A stretch of 64,000 nt of DNA from the human T2T-CHM13v2.0 reference genome, Homo sapiens: the NCBI RefSeq assembly GCF_009914755.1, contig NC_060926.1, one strand, 5' to 3'. Numbering within the stretch: position 1 is the first letter of the stretch; each line of letters starts with the position of its first letter. Below are positions 1-14,609 of the stretch, one piece after another. The notes below the pieces were generated by a model, which saw only the letters and a program-made list of their open reading frames with translations, had not been told where the DNA came from and did no database searches. The position numbers were made by a program, and so were the translations under genes.

Positions 1-319
1 CTTCAAGTGCTCAGAGAAAACCGTCAAGCTAGAATCCTGTACCCAGTGAATATATCTTTCAGGAATGAAGAAGTAAGCAAAACATTCTCAGATGAAGAAA
101 AACTAAGAATTTATCACCAAATACAATAGGCTTTCCTTCTTCTTTAGAGTTTTCTGAATTACGTTTGATAGCAGAAGCAAAAATCTTAGCAATATCTGAT
201 GTGGTTCAAAATGTACATAAAGGACATATTTAAGATAATTATAGAAAGGCAAAGGTAAAGGAACATAATAGGAGATGAGGTCTGTGCTTCACTGGAACTG
301 GCAAAGTGACAACAACACA

Positions 320-1146
<827 letters not shown>

Positions 1147-1696
1147 ACAGACCTCTAGCAAGACTGACCAAAAAAACAGAGAAGTTATAACATCAGGAAT
1201 GAAACAAGGAGTACCACTCCAGGCCCTGCAGCCATCAAAAGGATAATGAGGGAATGCCACAAACAGCTCTACACATAGGAAGTTGACAACTTAGATGAAA
1301 CTGACCACTTCCTCAAAAAACACAAACTACCACAACTCACTTGATATAAAATAGATCATTTGAATAGCTCTATAACCATTAGGAAATTGAACTTACAGCT
1401 TTAAAACTCCCCAAAGAGAAGTCTTCAGGCCCGGTGGTTTCATTAGAGAATTCTATCGAAGAATTCTTTGTTTAAAGAAGAATTAACATTTCTATACAGT
1501 CTCTTCCAGAAAATAAAGAGGAAGGACAACTTCCCAGTTCATTTTATGAAGCTAGTATTATCCTGACACTAAAACCAGATAAAGACAGTACAAAAAAATC
1601 CTTTACAGACCAACATCCTCATGAATTTTGATGCAAAAAATATTTAACAAAATGTTTACAAATAGAATTCAGCAATACATAGAAAGAATTATACAC

Positions 1697-2515
<819 letters not shown>

Positions 2516-3423
2516 TCAATCAATGTAATCTACCATATTAACAAGCTAATGAATAAAGAAGATAACATGATCATATTTGATGCAGCAGAAGCATTTGACA
2601 AAATTCAACCATTCATGTTAAAAACTCAGAATAATAGGATTAGTGGGGAACTTTCTCAACTTGAAAAAGAACATCTACATAAAACCTACAGCTGATATCA
2701 TACTTAGTGGTGAAAGCCTGAATGTTTTACTCCTGTGGCTGGGGGAACAAAGCAGGGATGTCCACTGTCACCACACTTATCCAGCATAGTGCTGGAAGTT
2801 CTGGTCAGCGTAGTAAGGCAAGAAAAGGAAGCAAAAGGCATATAGATCAGAATGGAAGAGGTAAAATTGTTTCTAATCAGATCACACGATTGTCTATAAA
2901 GAAAATCCCAAGGAATGTACAAGAAAACTCCTAGAACTAATAAGTGAGGATAGCAAGGTTGCAGGACACAAGATAAACATGCAAAAATCTATCTTATTTT
3001 TATATAGTGGTAATGAACAGGTGGACAGTAACATTAAAAATATAATACCATTTACAATGAAACAAAATTACTCAGATATAAACTAGCAAAATATAAAGGA
3101 CTTATATGCTGAAAATAATATAATGTGGATGAGAAGAAGATCTAAGCAGAGACACATGCCGTGTTCATAGATTGGAAGATTCTACATACCAAAGATGTCA
3201 AAGGTGGATATACAAGCCTAACAATTTCTATCAAAATCCCAGCAAGTAGATCAATGGAGGAGAATAGACCCAAACAGAAATAGGCCCATATGAGTTACGG
3301 GTGCAGATACAACCGCAGGAGACGCAAATCAGTTCAGCAGATGAAAGTTAGCCTTTCAACAGATCGTGCCAAGGCAGTTAGACATCCATAGGCAAAAGAT
3401 GAACCTTGACCCAAGTCTTACAC

Positions 3424-3644
3424 CAAGCTTGTCCAACCTGCGGCCTGCAGGCTGCATGCGGCCCAGGACAGGTTTGAATGTAGCCCAACACAAATGCATA
3501 AACTTTCTTAAAACATTGATTTTTTTTTTTTTTGCGATTTTTTTTTTTTTTAAAGCTCATCAGCTATCATTAGTGTATTTTATATGTGGCCCAAGACAAT
3601 TCTTCCAGTGTGGCCTAGGGAAGCCAAAGCATTAGACACCCCTG
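3424..3644 (-). mobile_element. MER30 (hAT-Charlie non-autonomous DNA transposon)
   Basis: Ends CAAGCTTGTCCAA...GACACCCCTG match MER30; perfect 8-bp TSD TCTTACAC at 3416-3423 and 3645-3652. Confidence 0.88.
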
Positions 3645-4257
3645 TCTTACACCTCATAAAATAGTGTCTCAAAATAGATCTTGAAATTAAATGTAAAACA
3701 TAAAGCAATAAAACCGTTTAAAAATAGAAAATCTTCAAGTTCTAGGACTAGGCAAAGAGTTCTTAGACTTGACACCAAAAGCATCCATAAAAGGAAAAAT
3801 TGATAAATTAGACTTCATCAGAATTTAAAGCTTTTGCTCTGGGAAGGACCATATTAAGAGGATGGGAAGATAAGCTAAATCTAGGAAAAAATATTTTCAA
3901 ATGACATATCTGACAAAGAAATGGTATCTAGAATATATAAAGAACTCACAAAACTCAACAGCAAAAATAATATAAAAAATTCAATCTGAAAATAGGGAAA
4001 AAATATAAACAGACATTTCACCAAAGAGGAGACCCAGGTAATAAGCACAGGAAAAGATGTTCAACAGCATTAGTTATTGGGGGAATGCAAATTAAAACCA
4101 CCAGATATCACTAACACCTATCAGAATGGCTAAAATAAGAATAGAGACACCACCAAATGCTGGTGAGGGTGCAGAGAAAATATCTATTGGTAAACAAGCA
4201 ATAGCCGAGTCCAGAGGTTTAAGAAAACTTTGTTCAGGCAAACTTAAGAAATTAATG

Positions 4258-4531
4258 GGCCGGGCGCAGTGGCTTACACCTGTGATCCCAGCACTTTGGG
4301 AGGCCGAGGTGGCTGGATCACGAGGTCAGGAGTTCGAGACCAGCCTGACCAACATGGTGAAACCCTGTCTTTACAAAAATTAGCTGGGCATGGCGGCACA
4401 TGCCTGTAATCCCAGATACTCAGGAAGCTGAGGCAGGAGAATCACTTGAACCCGGCAGGTGGAGGATGCAGTGAGTCGAGATCCACTGCACTCCAGCCTG
4501 GGCAACAGAACGAGACCCCATCTAAAAAAAA
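4258..4531 (+). mobile_element. Alu (AluS-like)
   Basis: Alu consensus; TSD ttaagaaattaat. Confidence 0.93.
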
Positions 4532-5106
4532 ATTAAGAAATTAATTATTAAGTTAATTTTTTTTTCCTGAAAATAGGGTAATGAGTTCTGTTTTTCGGTT
4601 TGTTAGGTCAGAGTATGCAAGCCATTGTCTTTAGGGGTCTCTTGCCCATCTCCTGTGTGTGTGCACACCCACACGCGCTTGCACACATACACACACACAC
4701 ACACCCCTCTTGTTTGCTGATGCCTGAAATGTTGAGAACAAAGGGTTCTCCCCTGTTCCATACTATACTGATTTGGCAGTGAGGACTAAAGAGAGCTGTG
4801 CCTTGGGGCCTACAGGAGGCAGAGTGCTTGCTTTGGGTAGGAAAAGGGTCCAGATAGAACTGTCACAGTGAACACCCAACACATCACCCACAGTGGGCCT
4901 CGTTGACCTTCACTGGGCCAGGGCAAGTGAAAACTTGGCAGGGGAGGTTTCTGGGGCCTGCAGCTGCCATTGAGATAGCCACATGGCGCGTGCTTAGGAA
5001 AGATGTAGCGTGAGTTTGATTTTATTTTAACACAATGACTTTCATGGAGACAGGATTCCTTCCTGAGACATTTGTTTATTCTTGCTTAATCCCTTGTTTC
5101 TTACAG

Positions 5107-5143
5107 GACAGAGAACACCCCAATGATTGCTGGCCTTGGGAAG
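5107..5143 (+). CDS. SCLY: Selenocysteine lyase, internal 37-nt coding exon ((G)TENTPMIAGLGK)
   Basis: ttacAG acceptor and AAG|GTGAGC donor; GTEN motif typical of NifS/SCLY class-V PLP enzymes; frame joins the next exon. Confidence 0.93.
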
Positions 5144-5899
5144 GTGAGCCCTGGTGAGCTTGAGGAGATGAGTTGATTGCTTTGTCATCAGTGTCCCCAG
5201 CGGCTCTAGTAGGAATCTGGGGCTTTAGGGAGATCATATTCGTGATCTCATAAGCGGACTGACAAGAAAAAGCCTGGAATCTGATTTATCAACCTGGAGA
5301 GCTGTACTTTTTCAGATCTGTGGATTAGTGGCACTTGTTTAGCATTTAAAAGGGAAAAACTCCTTGTCTGTGTCTCTTCTGACATGAGAAACAGTGATAC
5401 TGTTACAGCAGAGGTGAAGTGTCAAGCTGCAGGTTCACCATTCCCAAAGGCGTCGGCAGCCCCCGCACCATCGACGTTCTGTCCCCGATTGGTCTGTGGG
5501 GTGGCCAATCCAGCACCTGCCACCAGCCCTCCACTGGGGCCTGTCCTGCTTCTGCGACAGTAACCAGGCTCAGGTTTTGCCGTGCGAAGGCAGAGGTACT
5601 GGTTACACCTCGGCGTCTGCAGGCTGCTCCCTCACTGTGCGGCCTCTGGTCAAAGGCCACCACCTTCAAGCAACCCTCCATGAACCACAGCTACATTGGT
5701 TCCCCCATGTCCCCTGCTGTCACCCTCTATCCCTGACACTGCTTTATTTCCCCTATCTGATGTTTCTCTGTAGTGTGTTCAGATGTATGCCCCACCTTCT
5801 GCTTCCCCGAGAGCAGGGGCTTGGCCATGTCGGCCTCAGTATCCCCAGTACAGAGAAAGGGCTTAGCGCCCAGGAGGCCGGGCCTTGGGAAGAGTATGA

Positions 5900-6318
<419 letters not shown>

Positions 6319-7749
6319 TGAGTGATGAAGTAGTGGTGCCGTCCACAGGCTTTGAAATACCCAGGGTTCAAATCCTGGCTTGAAGCTTCACTCACCGTGT
6401 GCCTTGGGTCAGGTCGCTGGAACTCCCTGAGTCCTGGCTGCCAGATGGGAATCACGGTAACAGCTTCCTAGGTAGAGCTTCAGCTCACAGTGCTGGAAGC
6501 CCCCCAGCCCCTGACCTTCTCCGTGCTCCTGCAGCTGCATCTGCACCTGTAATGGCACAAGTGCCACAGCTGGGTCCCAGCCACAGCACCACACCCCCAC
6601 TGGTTCTTCAGCTTCGCCCAGCCCAGACCCCAATGCCACCAGCGCTCTAGACAGCCCCCCTCCGCCACCCAGCCTAGACTCCATCCTGCACACGCCCTCC
6701 CCAGCGTGCTTTCCCTCACCCATTCCTTTCTGCCTTGGTTGCGTGCTGGCAGCCCTGCACCTGAGCCCTTGTGGGTCCGTCTGTCCTGTCACTGTGATGC
6801 TAGCTTGTGCTCCTGCCTTTAAACTTGACATCTCAGCTAGGCCCTGGCCCATGTCCTGAGAGATCCATTCCTCTGAGTTCAAAACCTGTCCCGACTGCTC
6901 TCCTCTAACCCTCTTCCCACCCTGGGCACCTCTTGCTATCCAGGTTCTCACCTCTGAAGTCCGGGGGATGCCCTCAGTCCCTCCTTGTCATCGTCCCCTG
7001 CCTCCAATGCAGCACCTTCCTGTCTGTCTGGATTCCAGAATACACCCACTACCGGCCTCATGTCCATTTTCATGGCCACCAACCCTAGACCAAGGGTCTG
7101 GATGCCTGCCATGGCCTCCTGGGGGCCTGCTGCTGCCATTTTCCACACGGCCACAGAATGACCAACAGACAGGCCAGTCAGACCATCGCATCCCTCCCTC
7201 AGCCTCACTGCGTCTGCCCCGTGGCCGGGCCTGCAGGGCCTGTCGATCTGTCCCTGCGCCTTCACCCCCTCCACACTCTCCACCCGCCACGCCAGGCCCC
7301 TCTGTTCTAGAGACAGAATGTCTGTCTGTCCCCTGCAAAGCCCTTGCTGGGACGCCATTCCCTGCCCTTGTACAGCCATCTCTGTCACCACCCCACCTTG
7401 GGCCTGCGAGGTGCCTTCACAGCGCCAACTGGTGGGTAGGAGTCTGTTCCCCTCTTCCCCTGCTTTTGTCCGTCTGCCTCTCTGGGATGCTGGCTCCTCG
7501 AGGGAGCCCTTTCAGGGCTGCTTTGCTGAGGCATCTCCAGTGCCTGGTGCTGTCAGGAGGTACCTGGTGAAGTCAGTTTCTGGGGCACTTCCACACCCTC
7601 CAAATGGCAGCACTCAAAAAATATGGTCTGTCTGTGACTGTCAGGAGAATGAGCAGTTTCAGGAAATGCCACCTGTACCGTTGAAAGCTTTTTGGCCCTC
7701 CTTTATTTTGCAAGAATTGTGCATCCACTTGTTGTGTGTCTGCCCCCAG

Positions 7750-7833
7750 GCCGCGGAGCTGGTGACCCAGAACTGCGAGGCTTATGAGGCCCACATGAGG
7801 GACGTCCGCGACTACCTGGAAGAGAGGCTGGAA
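7750..7833 (+). CDS. SCLY: Selenocysteine lyase coding exon ([28 protein letters not shown])
   Basis: ccccAG acceptor, GAA|GTGAGC donor, 84 nt, phase 0-0. Confidence 0.95.
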
Positions 7834-8308
7834 GTGAGCGCAGCGTGGGGTGGGCACCAGGAGGGGGAGGGTGCGTGGGGCAGGTGCCCAGAGAGGAGGG
7901 GTGTGGTGCTCCCAGACCCCAGGACCTGTGGGGATTGCAGCGTAGCCTGGAACTCAGCAGGATGCAGTGAGGGAAGAAAGAACAGTGGCAGAAAGTACAT
8001 TGGGATCTGAAACCCCGAAAGCAGGACCCTAGGCCAGGGGCATGATCTTTTTCAGAGACACAGGATCAAATATGCAGAGGTGGTATACCTCATGGTTTAT
8101 GTGGAAGGTTCATATGTTTCTGAATATTTGGTTTTTCTCCTAATTAACTTTGCTTTCCATAGTCCGTCCCCGTAACTATTCTGGGTAGATGCTGATTGAA
8201 AAGTATGCACCTGCTGAAGTTGTGTTTCTGGAAAAGTCTAAATTTCAAACAGTTGCTGGTGGTGGTGTCTTTGAAGCTGTCACCAAATATTTCACTTATT
8301 TTTTTCAG

Positions 8309-8411
8309 GCTGAATTCGGTCAGAAGAGAATCCATCTGAATAGCCAGTTTCCAGGCACCCAGCGGCTTCCCAATACCTGTAACTTTTCCATCCGGGGACC
8401 CCGGCTTCAAG
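8309..8411 (+). CDS. SCLY: Selenocysteine lyase coding exon ([34 protein letters not shown])
   Basis: T-tract + cAG acceptor, AAG|GTGATG donor; RLPNTxNFS motif of the cysteine desulfurase/SCL family. Confidence 0.95.
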
Positions 8412-8809
8412 GTGATGGCCCCTCACCCTGGTCTTTCCGAGTGTGAGCACAGCTCCCTCGGTGCGTGGATTCTGGTCCGAGCCAGTGACTCCCACTCGCC
8501 CTGCCCTGAGCATGACACAGCTCGGGCTGTCAGAGGGCCTTGCTGGGGTTGCCAAGAGCAGGCTCGGGTGGCTGTGCTGTGGTCCACAGGGCTCTCGCCG
8601 CTGGCCCCTCCTCTCCCTGACGTGGCTCATTTTGCTGCTGCTGGGATGTGGACTGTGGCAAACTCTCGTGTCTGGCATTAGCGCCACCCCAAAAGCCGTC
8701 AGGGAAGGAAGCAACATTAAATTCTAGACATTTGTCTATTTTGTTGGCAGTTTTAATTAAATATTTGAGTGAGGGAAAGGGGAGGTGATCAGTTTTAAAA
8801 ACTGGCAGA

Positions 8810-9110
8810 GGCTGGGCACAGTGGCTCGTGCCTGTAATCCTAGCACTTTTGGAGGCTGAGGCAGGCTGATCACAAGGTCAAGAGATTGAGTCCAGCCTGG
8901 CCAACATGGAGAAACCCCATCTCTACCAAAAACTACAAAAAATTAGCCAGGCATAGTGGTGTGCACCTGTAGTCCCAGCTACTTGGGAGGCTGAGGCAGG
9001 AGAATTGCTTGAACCTGGAGGTTGCAGTGAGCCATAATTGAGCCACTGCACTCCAGCTTGGGTGACAGAGTGAGTGAGACTCTGTCTCAAACAAACAAAA
9101 AACAACAAAA
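8810..9110 (+). mobile_element. Alu
   Basis: Alu consensus; TSD aactggcaga. Confidence 0.92.
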
Positions 9111-9507
9111 ATAACTGGCAGAGTAAGGATCAAGTGCAAATCTGGATTTCCTGCAACATCTGCCTCGGCTAGGAGCAGTTAGGATCACCCCCGTCCCAGA
9201 TGCACCTAAAACCTGGTCTGCCCTGACTCCCTGAGAGTGGAAGTCCAGGTGATTGACCAGCCGCATGTCATTTGGGAGGAGGTTATAGTGGCCCTGAGAT
9301 CACGATGAGCTGCATCTGTAAACAAGTTTTTGACTTCTTAGAAGATGAAAGTGTTGCTTCTTTCTTCTTCCTGGATCACGCAGAGAAACCCAGCAGTCGT
9401 GTTTGGCCCATGAAGAAGAACCCGTGGGTAACCGTCATGATGGCTGCGTTCATGAGAACCTGGGCTGAAATGCGTTCTTGTGGGCAGTGAAGCCTGGGTC
9501 TCCTTGA

Positions 9508-10240
<733 letters not shown>

Positions 10241-10689
10241 AAATTCTCAGGTTAATTACATCAGCAGTCATTAATGGCTGTGCTTGTGAAAGAAGAGGGA
10301 AATGCCTTCTGGCTTAATAGAACTCCCACGTGTCTCTACCATCCAGAACACAGGTGGAGACGTGATATTGCCGGGGCTGCCAGCTTGTAAGGAAGGAGCG
10401 GGTCAGGACTCCAGGTGTCTTAGCAGGCAGTTGATTACAAATGCGATTTTCAAGGCCAGCTTTGTGAGGCAGAATAGTGTCTGCGTTTGTGCAGCCAAGG
10501 GAGAAAGGAAGCGTTTTCTTCGGCTCCTGCTGTGAGATCTCTCCCCAGCTGCCAGAATGGCCAGTGCTGGAATTCCACCAGGTGGCACAGAGGGAGGGAA
10601 GCAGCCTGCGCCCAGCAGGACCCCGGGAAGGGACAGAAGGGCAACCTGGCTGGAGCCCCATCTCAGGGGCATGTGCTCTGTCTCCGCAG

Positions 10690-10765
10690 GCCACGTGGTG
10701 CTTGCGCAGTGCCGAGTGCTGATGGCCAGTGTGGGGGCCGCGTGCCACTCGGACCACGGGGACCA
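10690..10765 (+). CDS. SCLY: Selenocysteine lyase coding exon with catalytic Cys loop (GHVVLAQCRVLMASVGAACHSDHGDQ)
   Basis: gcAG acceptor, CA|GTAAGT donor; SVGAACHS corresponds to the group-I NifS SxGSAC active-site motif. Confidence 0.96.
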
Positions 10766-12090
10766 GTAAGTGCTCTTCACAAACCCAGTCCAGGGCATAG
10801 GGGTCCTCCGGGCACTGGGTGTGGTGGGCAGGCGGCAGGATCCGGCCACTGGGCCGCACTCTGGCTGGTGAAGGACAGCCCTGTCTGGGCCCTAGGAGGG
10901 GCAGAGGGAGGGCTTCCTGGAAGAAGTGACTTCCAAGCTGCCATCTGAAGGACTAGGACTTGTGCGGGAGAAGAGGGCTTCTCGTGCTCAGTTCTGAAGG
11001 CGGAGGGAGGGCAGGGCCTGGAGGGCCAGCGTGGCCGGGGCTGGGGAGGGCTGGGGCGGGCTGGGGTGGGCTGGGGTGGGGATGGCCTGAGTGTCAGTGC
11101 TTACTTAAACCTCATGGAAGTGGGAGCCCTGAGGGCCATGGTGTGAGCAGACTCAGGTGTCAGATCAGCCATCTGCAAGATGCAGCAGAGATTCTCAGAT
11201 AGCAGGGCCCGGGTGAGCGGGTGGGCTGCCTGGCGGAGACTGTGGGGTAGAGGGCGTGGGGTGCCCGAGCAGCGGCCTGCTGGCAGCAGGGGAGAAGTGG
11301 TTCTGGGTCTGGTCTGCTGAAAACGTGAGGCCCCTGTGGGAGGTCGGAGTGGACGCAGGAGGAACACTCAGGGTTCTGGGGAGAGAGCGGAACTGTAGCC
11401 AGCAGCACGTGGCCATCAAGGTCAGGGCAGAGGGATTGTGCAGGAGCACCTGGAGCGAGACAGTGGTGGGCCTGGCTCCAGGGAAAAGGAGGGGCAGGAT
11501 GGGGCCCTTTGTTGGGGGGACAGTGCCCTGCTGCAGGAGGGGCAGGGGAGGAAAGGGACCCGGGTGTGATGAGGTCAGGCCCCTTGACAGAGCCCACATC
11601 TCGAGCCTCCAACAGCCTTGCTTCAGGATGTCCCCACGCAGTCATCTGTTCATGGCTAGATACTGACTGGGTCCCTAGTGTCTGCAAAGCCCCATGCTAG
11701 GTGCCATGAAGTTACCAAGTGGCTCAGGTGGGCCGCATGGGTAAGGCACTGTCTGTGTCGGCATCCGTGTTCTCCAGGACCTCAGACCCCTCAAGGACAG
11801 GAGAGCCCCTGGCCCCAGAGCTCAGTGCGAGAGGGAGGCAGTGTCACCTGGGAGTGCCAAGTGCAAGAGAACTCTGCAGGGAGAACGGGGGCGACTTTGA
11901 GCCACACCTTGATGTGGGTGATCTTAGGGGTGTGCTTGGTCTGGGAGTTTAGCAGGAGGTGGATGCCAGGCGAGGCAGGCGCACATCCGGGTGGGCAGAG
12001 CCCCACTAGGGGAGTGGTCCAGAGCAGGGGGGGCTGTGTCTCTTCCATGTGCCCTCAGCAGCAGCTGCAGCTCGGTCTCGCCCTCCCCAG

Positions 12091-12244
12091 GCCGTCCCCA
12101 GTGCTGCTGAGCTACGGTGTCCCCTTCGACGTGGCCAGGAACGCGCTCCGGCTCAGCGTGGGCCGCAGCACCACCAGGGCCGAGGTGGACCTCGTCGTGC
12201 AGGACCTGAAGCAGGCCGTGGCGCAGCTGGAGGACCAGGCCTAG
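12091..12244 (+). CDS. SCLY: Selenocysteine lyase last coding exon ([50 protein letters not shown])
   Basis: ccccAG acceptor; RLSVGRxTT C-terminal NifS-type motif; TAG stop at 12242-12244. Confidence 0.96.
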
Positions 12245-12448
12245 CACTGGGGCCGCCTTCCCCACCCCGCTTCTGGGAAGCCCGTGGCAGGGCACAGGGT
12301 TGTCCCTCCAGTTCCCTCCTGAGGGCTGTGCCAGGATGACTGTCTCATGCCCCCTCTGCATTTTGTCCTGGAGTGCCAGCGAGTGTGCACCCCCAGTTTC
12401 CTTCCCTGGACCCCTGCAGAGCTCACAGGGCCCAGGACACCAACGCCG

Positions 12449-12556
12449 CATAGGACTGCCCACATGGGACCGCCCACATAGGACCGCCCACATAGGACCG
12501 CCCACATGGGACCGCCCACATGGGACCGCCCACATGGGACCGCCCACATAGAACCG
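12449..12556. repeat. 14-bp minisatellite (CCCACAT[A/G]GGACCG), about 7.5 copies, in the SCLY 3'UTR
   Basis: Directly visible tandem periodicity. Confidence 0.95.
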
Positions 12557-13280
12557 TCCTCCAGTGGTGAAGCGGAAACACTTAGCTTTATCCACCCTCC
12601 CCACTGGGAACTGGGCACGCCTGTTGTGAGTGCCCTTTCCTGGAAGGTGTTTTTATCTGGAAGATAGAATCCAAGTATTTATAACTCATTGTCAGCCAAA
12701 TGCTATCATGAACGTAGGAAACTTGATTTTTTTGTTTTGATCATGGCCTCTACATGCACCTTTCCAGAGTGGTCTCTTCTCAGGCCCTTTTTAGTCCCTT
12801 TCCAAAGCTGCCCCCACCACCCTGCTCCTCTGGCCTCAGTGCACAGTGGCCCCCAGCCTCGGCCAGGCCTGCTCTGCTCAGCGCCCACCGCCCACCACCC
12901 CTCCTGCTTCCCCGAGCCTGACCCTGTTCCGCCCACTGGCAATCAGGGCTGCGCACTTCCCTGTCCACGGTCCCCAGGCCTTCCTGTCTTGTCCCTTTTG
13001 ATCATTATTAACTCAGGGTTTCAGCTCCAACCTCGCTGAGTTGGTGCAGCTCCAGGTCATTCCTGGGGTGGGAATCGGATCATCCCTGACTCAGCTTTTA
13101 CCTTAATTTTATTTGCAGAGGATTCTTTTCTCAAAATGCTCTGGCATTTGGACACACATCACATGTCGATATTTGCATAGGAGTCATTTTCAGTGGAATA
13201 ACATTTTTAATGTGTGGTTTTACGGTTCAAGGAACTACTTGATGATTTTGAGGAAACACTTGCCAGAAACTAAATTAACG

Positions 13281-13286
13281 AATAAA
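13281..13286 (+). terminator. SCLY: SCLY polyadenylation signal AATAAA
   Basis: Canonical hexamer about 1 kb after the stop, at the end of an AT-rich UTR stretch, with GT-rich sequence downstream. Confidence 0.8.
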
Positions 13287-14315
13287 AGATTTCAGTGCCC
13301 GACTTGGGGATCCTGTGGTTTCTCTAGTGGGCACTGCGCTTGGGCACAAAGTCATCTGACAGAGCCTGTCGGGGGGAAGCCAGGGGTGCAGCAGCCCCCA
13401 GGTCACCATTGTGTGATGATGCGTTAGCCCAGAAATCCAGCTTGAGGCTGCGTCTCCGGAAGCCCCTACAAATGTAATGGGTCCCCCATCTGCAGCTTCC
13501 CATTGCTGCCAGGAAGAGGCTGTGGTGGTCCTGACTTCCCTAAAGAAGAACTATGGATTGTCCAGAACAATCTGGAAAGGGGTTAAATGTACTTGGGCCC
13601 TTGGGGCTGCAGCCCAGAGACTTGGTCCGTGTAGTTGGAGAGGGGGCCGAGGCAGGGGCTGACACCTTCTCGCCTCAGAGGCCTGGACACACGCAAGTCA
13701 GGGTCCTGAGCCCATTGCAGGCCCCGTGGAGCCACTGTGTCCCCAGAGATTCCTAGGAGCCAACAGGGCCGAGGGCCGGGACCCAGAGGCGGGGCGCTCA
13801 GCTCTGTGGGTGTCAACACAGCCAAACATGTAGACCTACTGGGCACCCTTTACTTCAGACACACTGTGGTGGCGGCTGGGGGTCTGCCCTTCTGTGAGAG
13901 TTGGGGGAACTGTCTCCCAGGCCACTCGGGGCTCCTGTGAGAAGCTCAGTGGCGTGTATCCTCAGCCCTCGCTCCACAGATGAAGAGGCGGGTTCCTGCC
14001 ATCTGGACAGATCTGAGCAGCCTCAGGGCCAGCCTCCTTTCTCTGCTGGCCATACCCAGCCCTGACCTAGCCTGGTGTGGGCCTTTCCCTGTGCCCTGTA
14101 CTCCATCCTCCCAGCTCCAGGCACCTGGCACCCTCACACTGTGGGAGTGGCTTGGGCAGGTCCTCAAGGCCTGTCCCCCCACCCGACCCCACCCCACCGC
14201 CTCCCATCTGCCCTGTGGCAGCTTATCGGGTAACCAGAGCCGGCAGCTTCATCCACGTCTGAAACAGGAAGCCCCAGCCTGTGCATGAGTCGCCACTGAG
14301 AGCCCGGGCCAGAGG

Positions 14316-14609
14316 ATGGAGAAGCAGCGGGCACTCGTGGCCGCCAAGGATGGGGATGTGGCGACGTTGGAGCGGCTGCTGGAGGCTGGCGCCCTGGGCC
14401 CGGGCATCACCGATGCTCTGGGGGCCGGCCTGGTTCACCACGCCACCCGGGCTGGCCACCTGGACTGCGTCAAGTTCTTGGTGCAGCGGGCCCAGCTGCC
14501 CGGCAACCAGCGGGCCCACAACGGGGCCACCCCAGCGCATGACGCCGCTGCCACGGGCAGCCTGGCCGAGCTGTGCTGGCTGGTCCGCGAAGGGGGCTGC
14601 GGTCTGCAG
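14316..14609 (+). CDS. ESPNL: Espin-like protein exon 1 (ankyrin repeats)
   Basis: aggATGG start; MEKQRALVAAKDGDV...GATPAHDAAATG ankyrin motifs; CAG|GTGAGC donor; 98 codons. Confidence 0.97.

Noticed and set aside
12245-13300. Possible SECIS element in the 3'UTR of a selenium-metabolism gene
   Set aside because: SCLY ends in TAG with no in-frame UGA in the visible exons, and I could not identify a convincing SECIS core by eye
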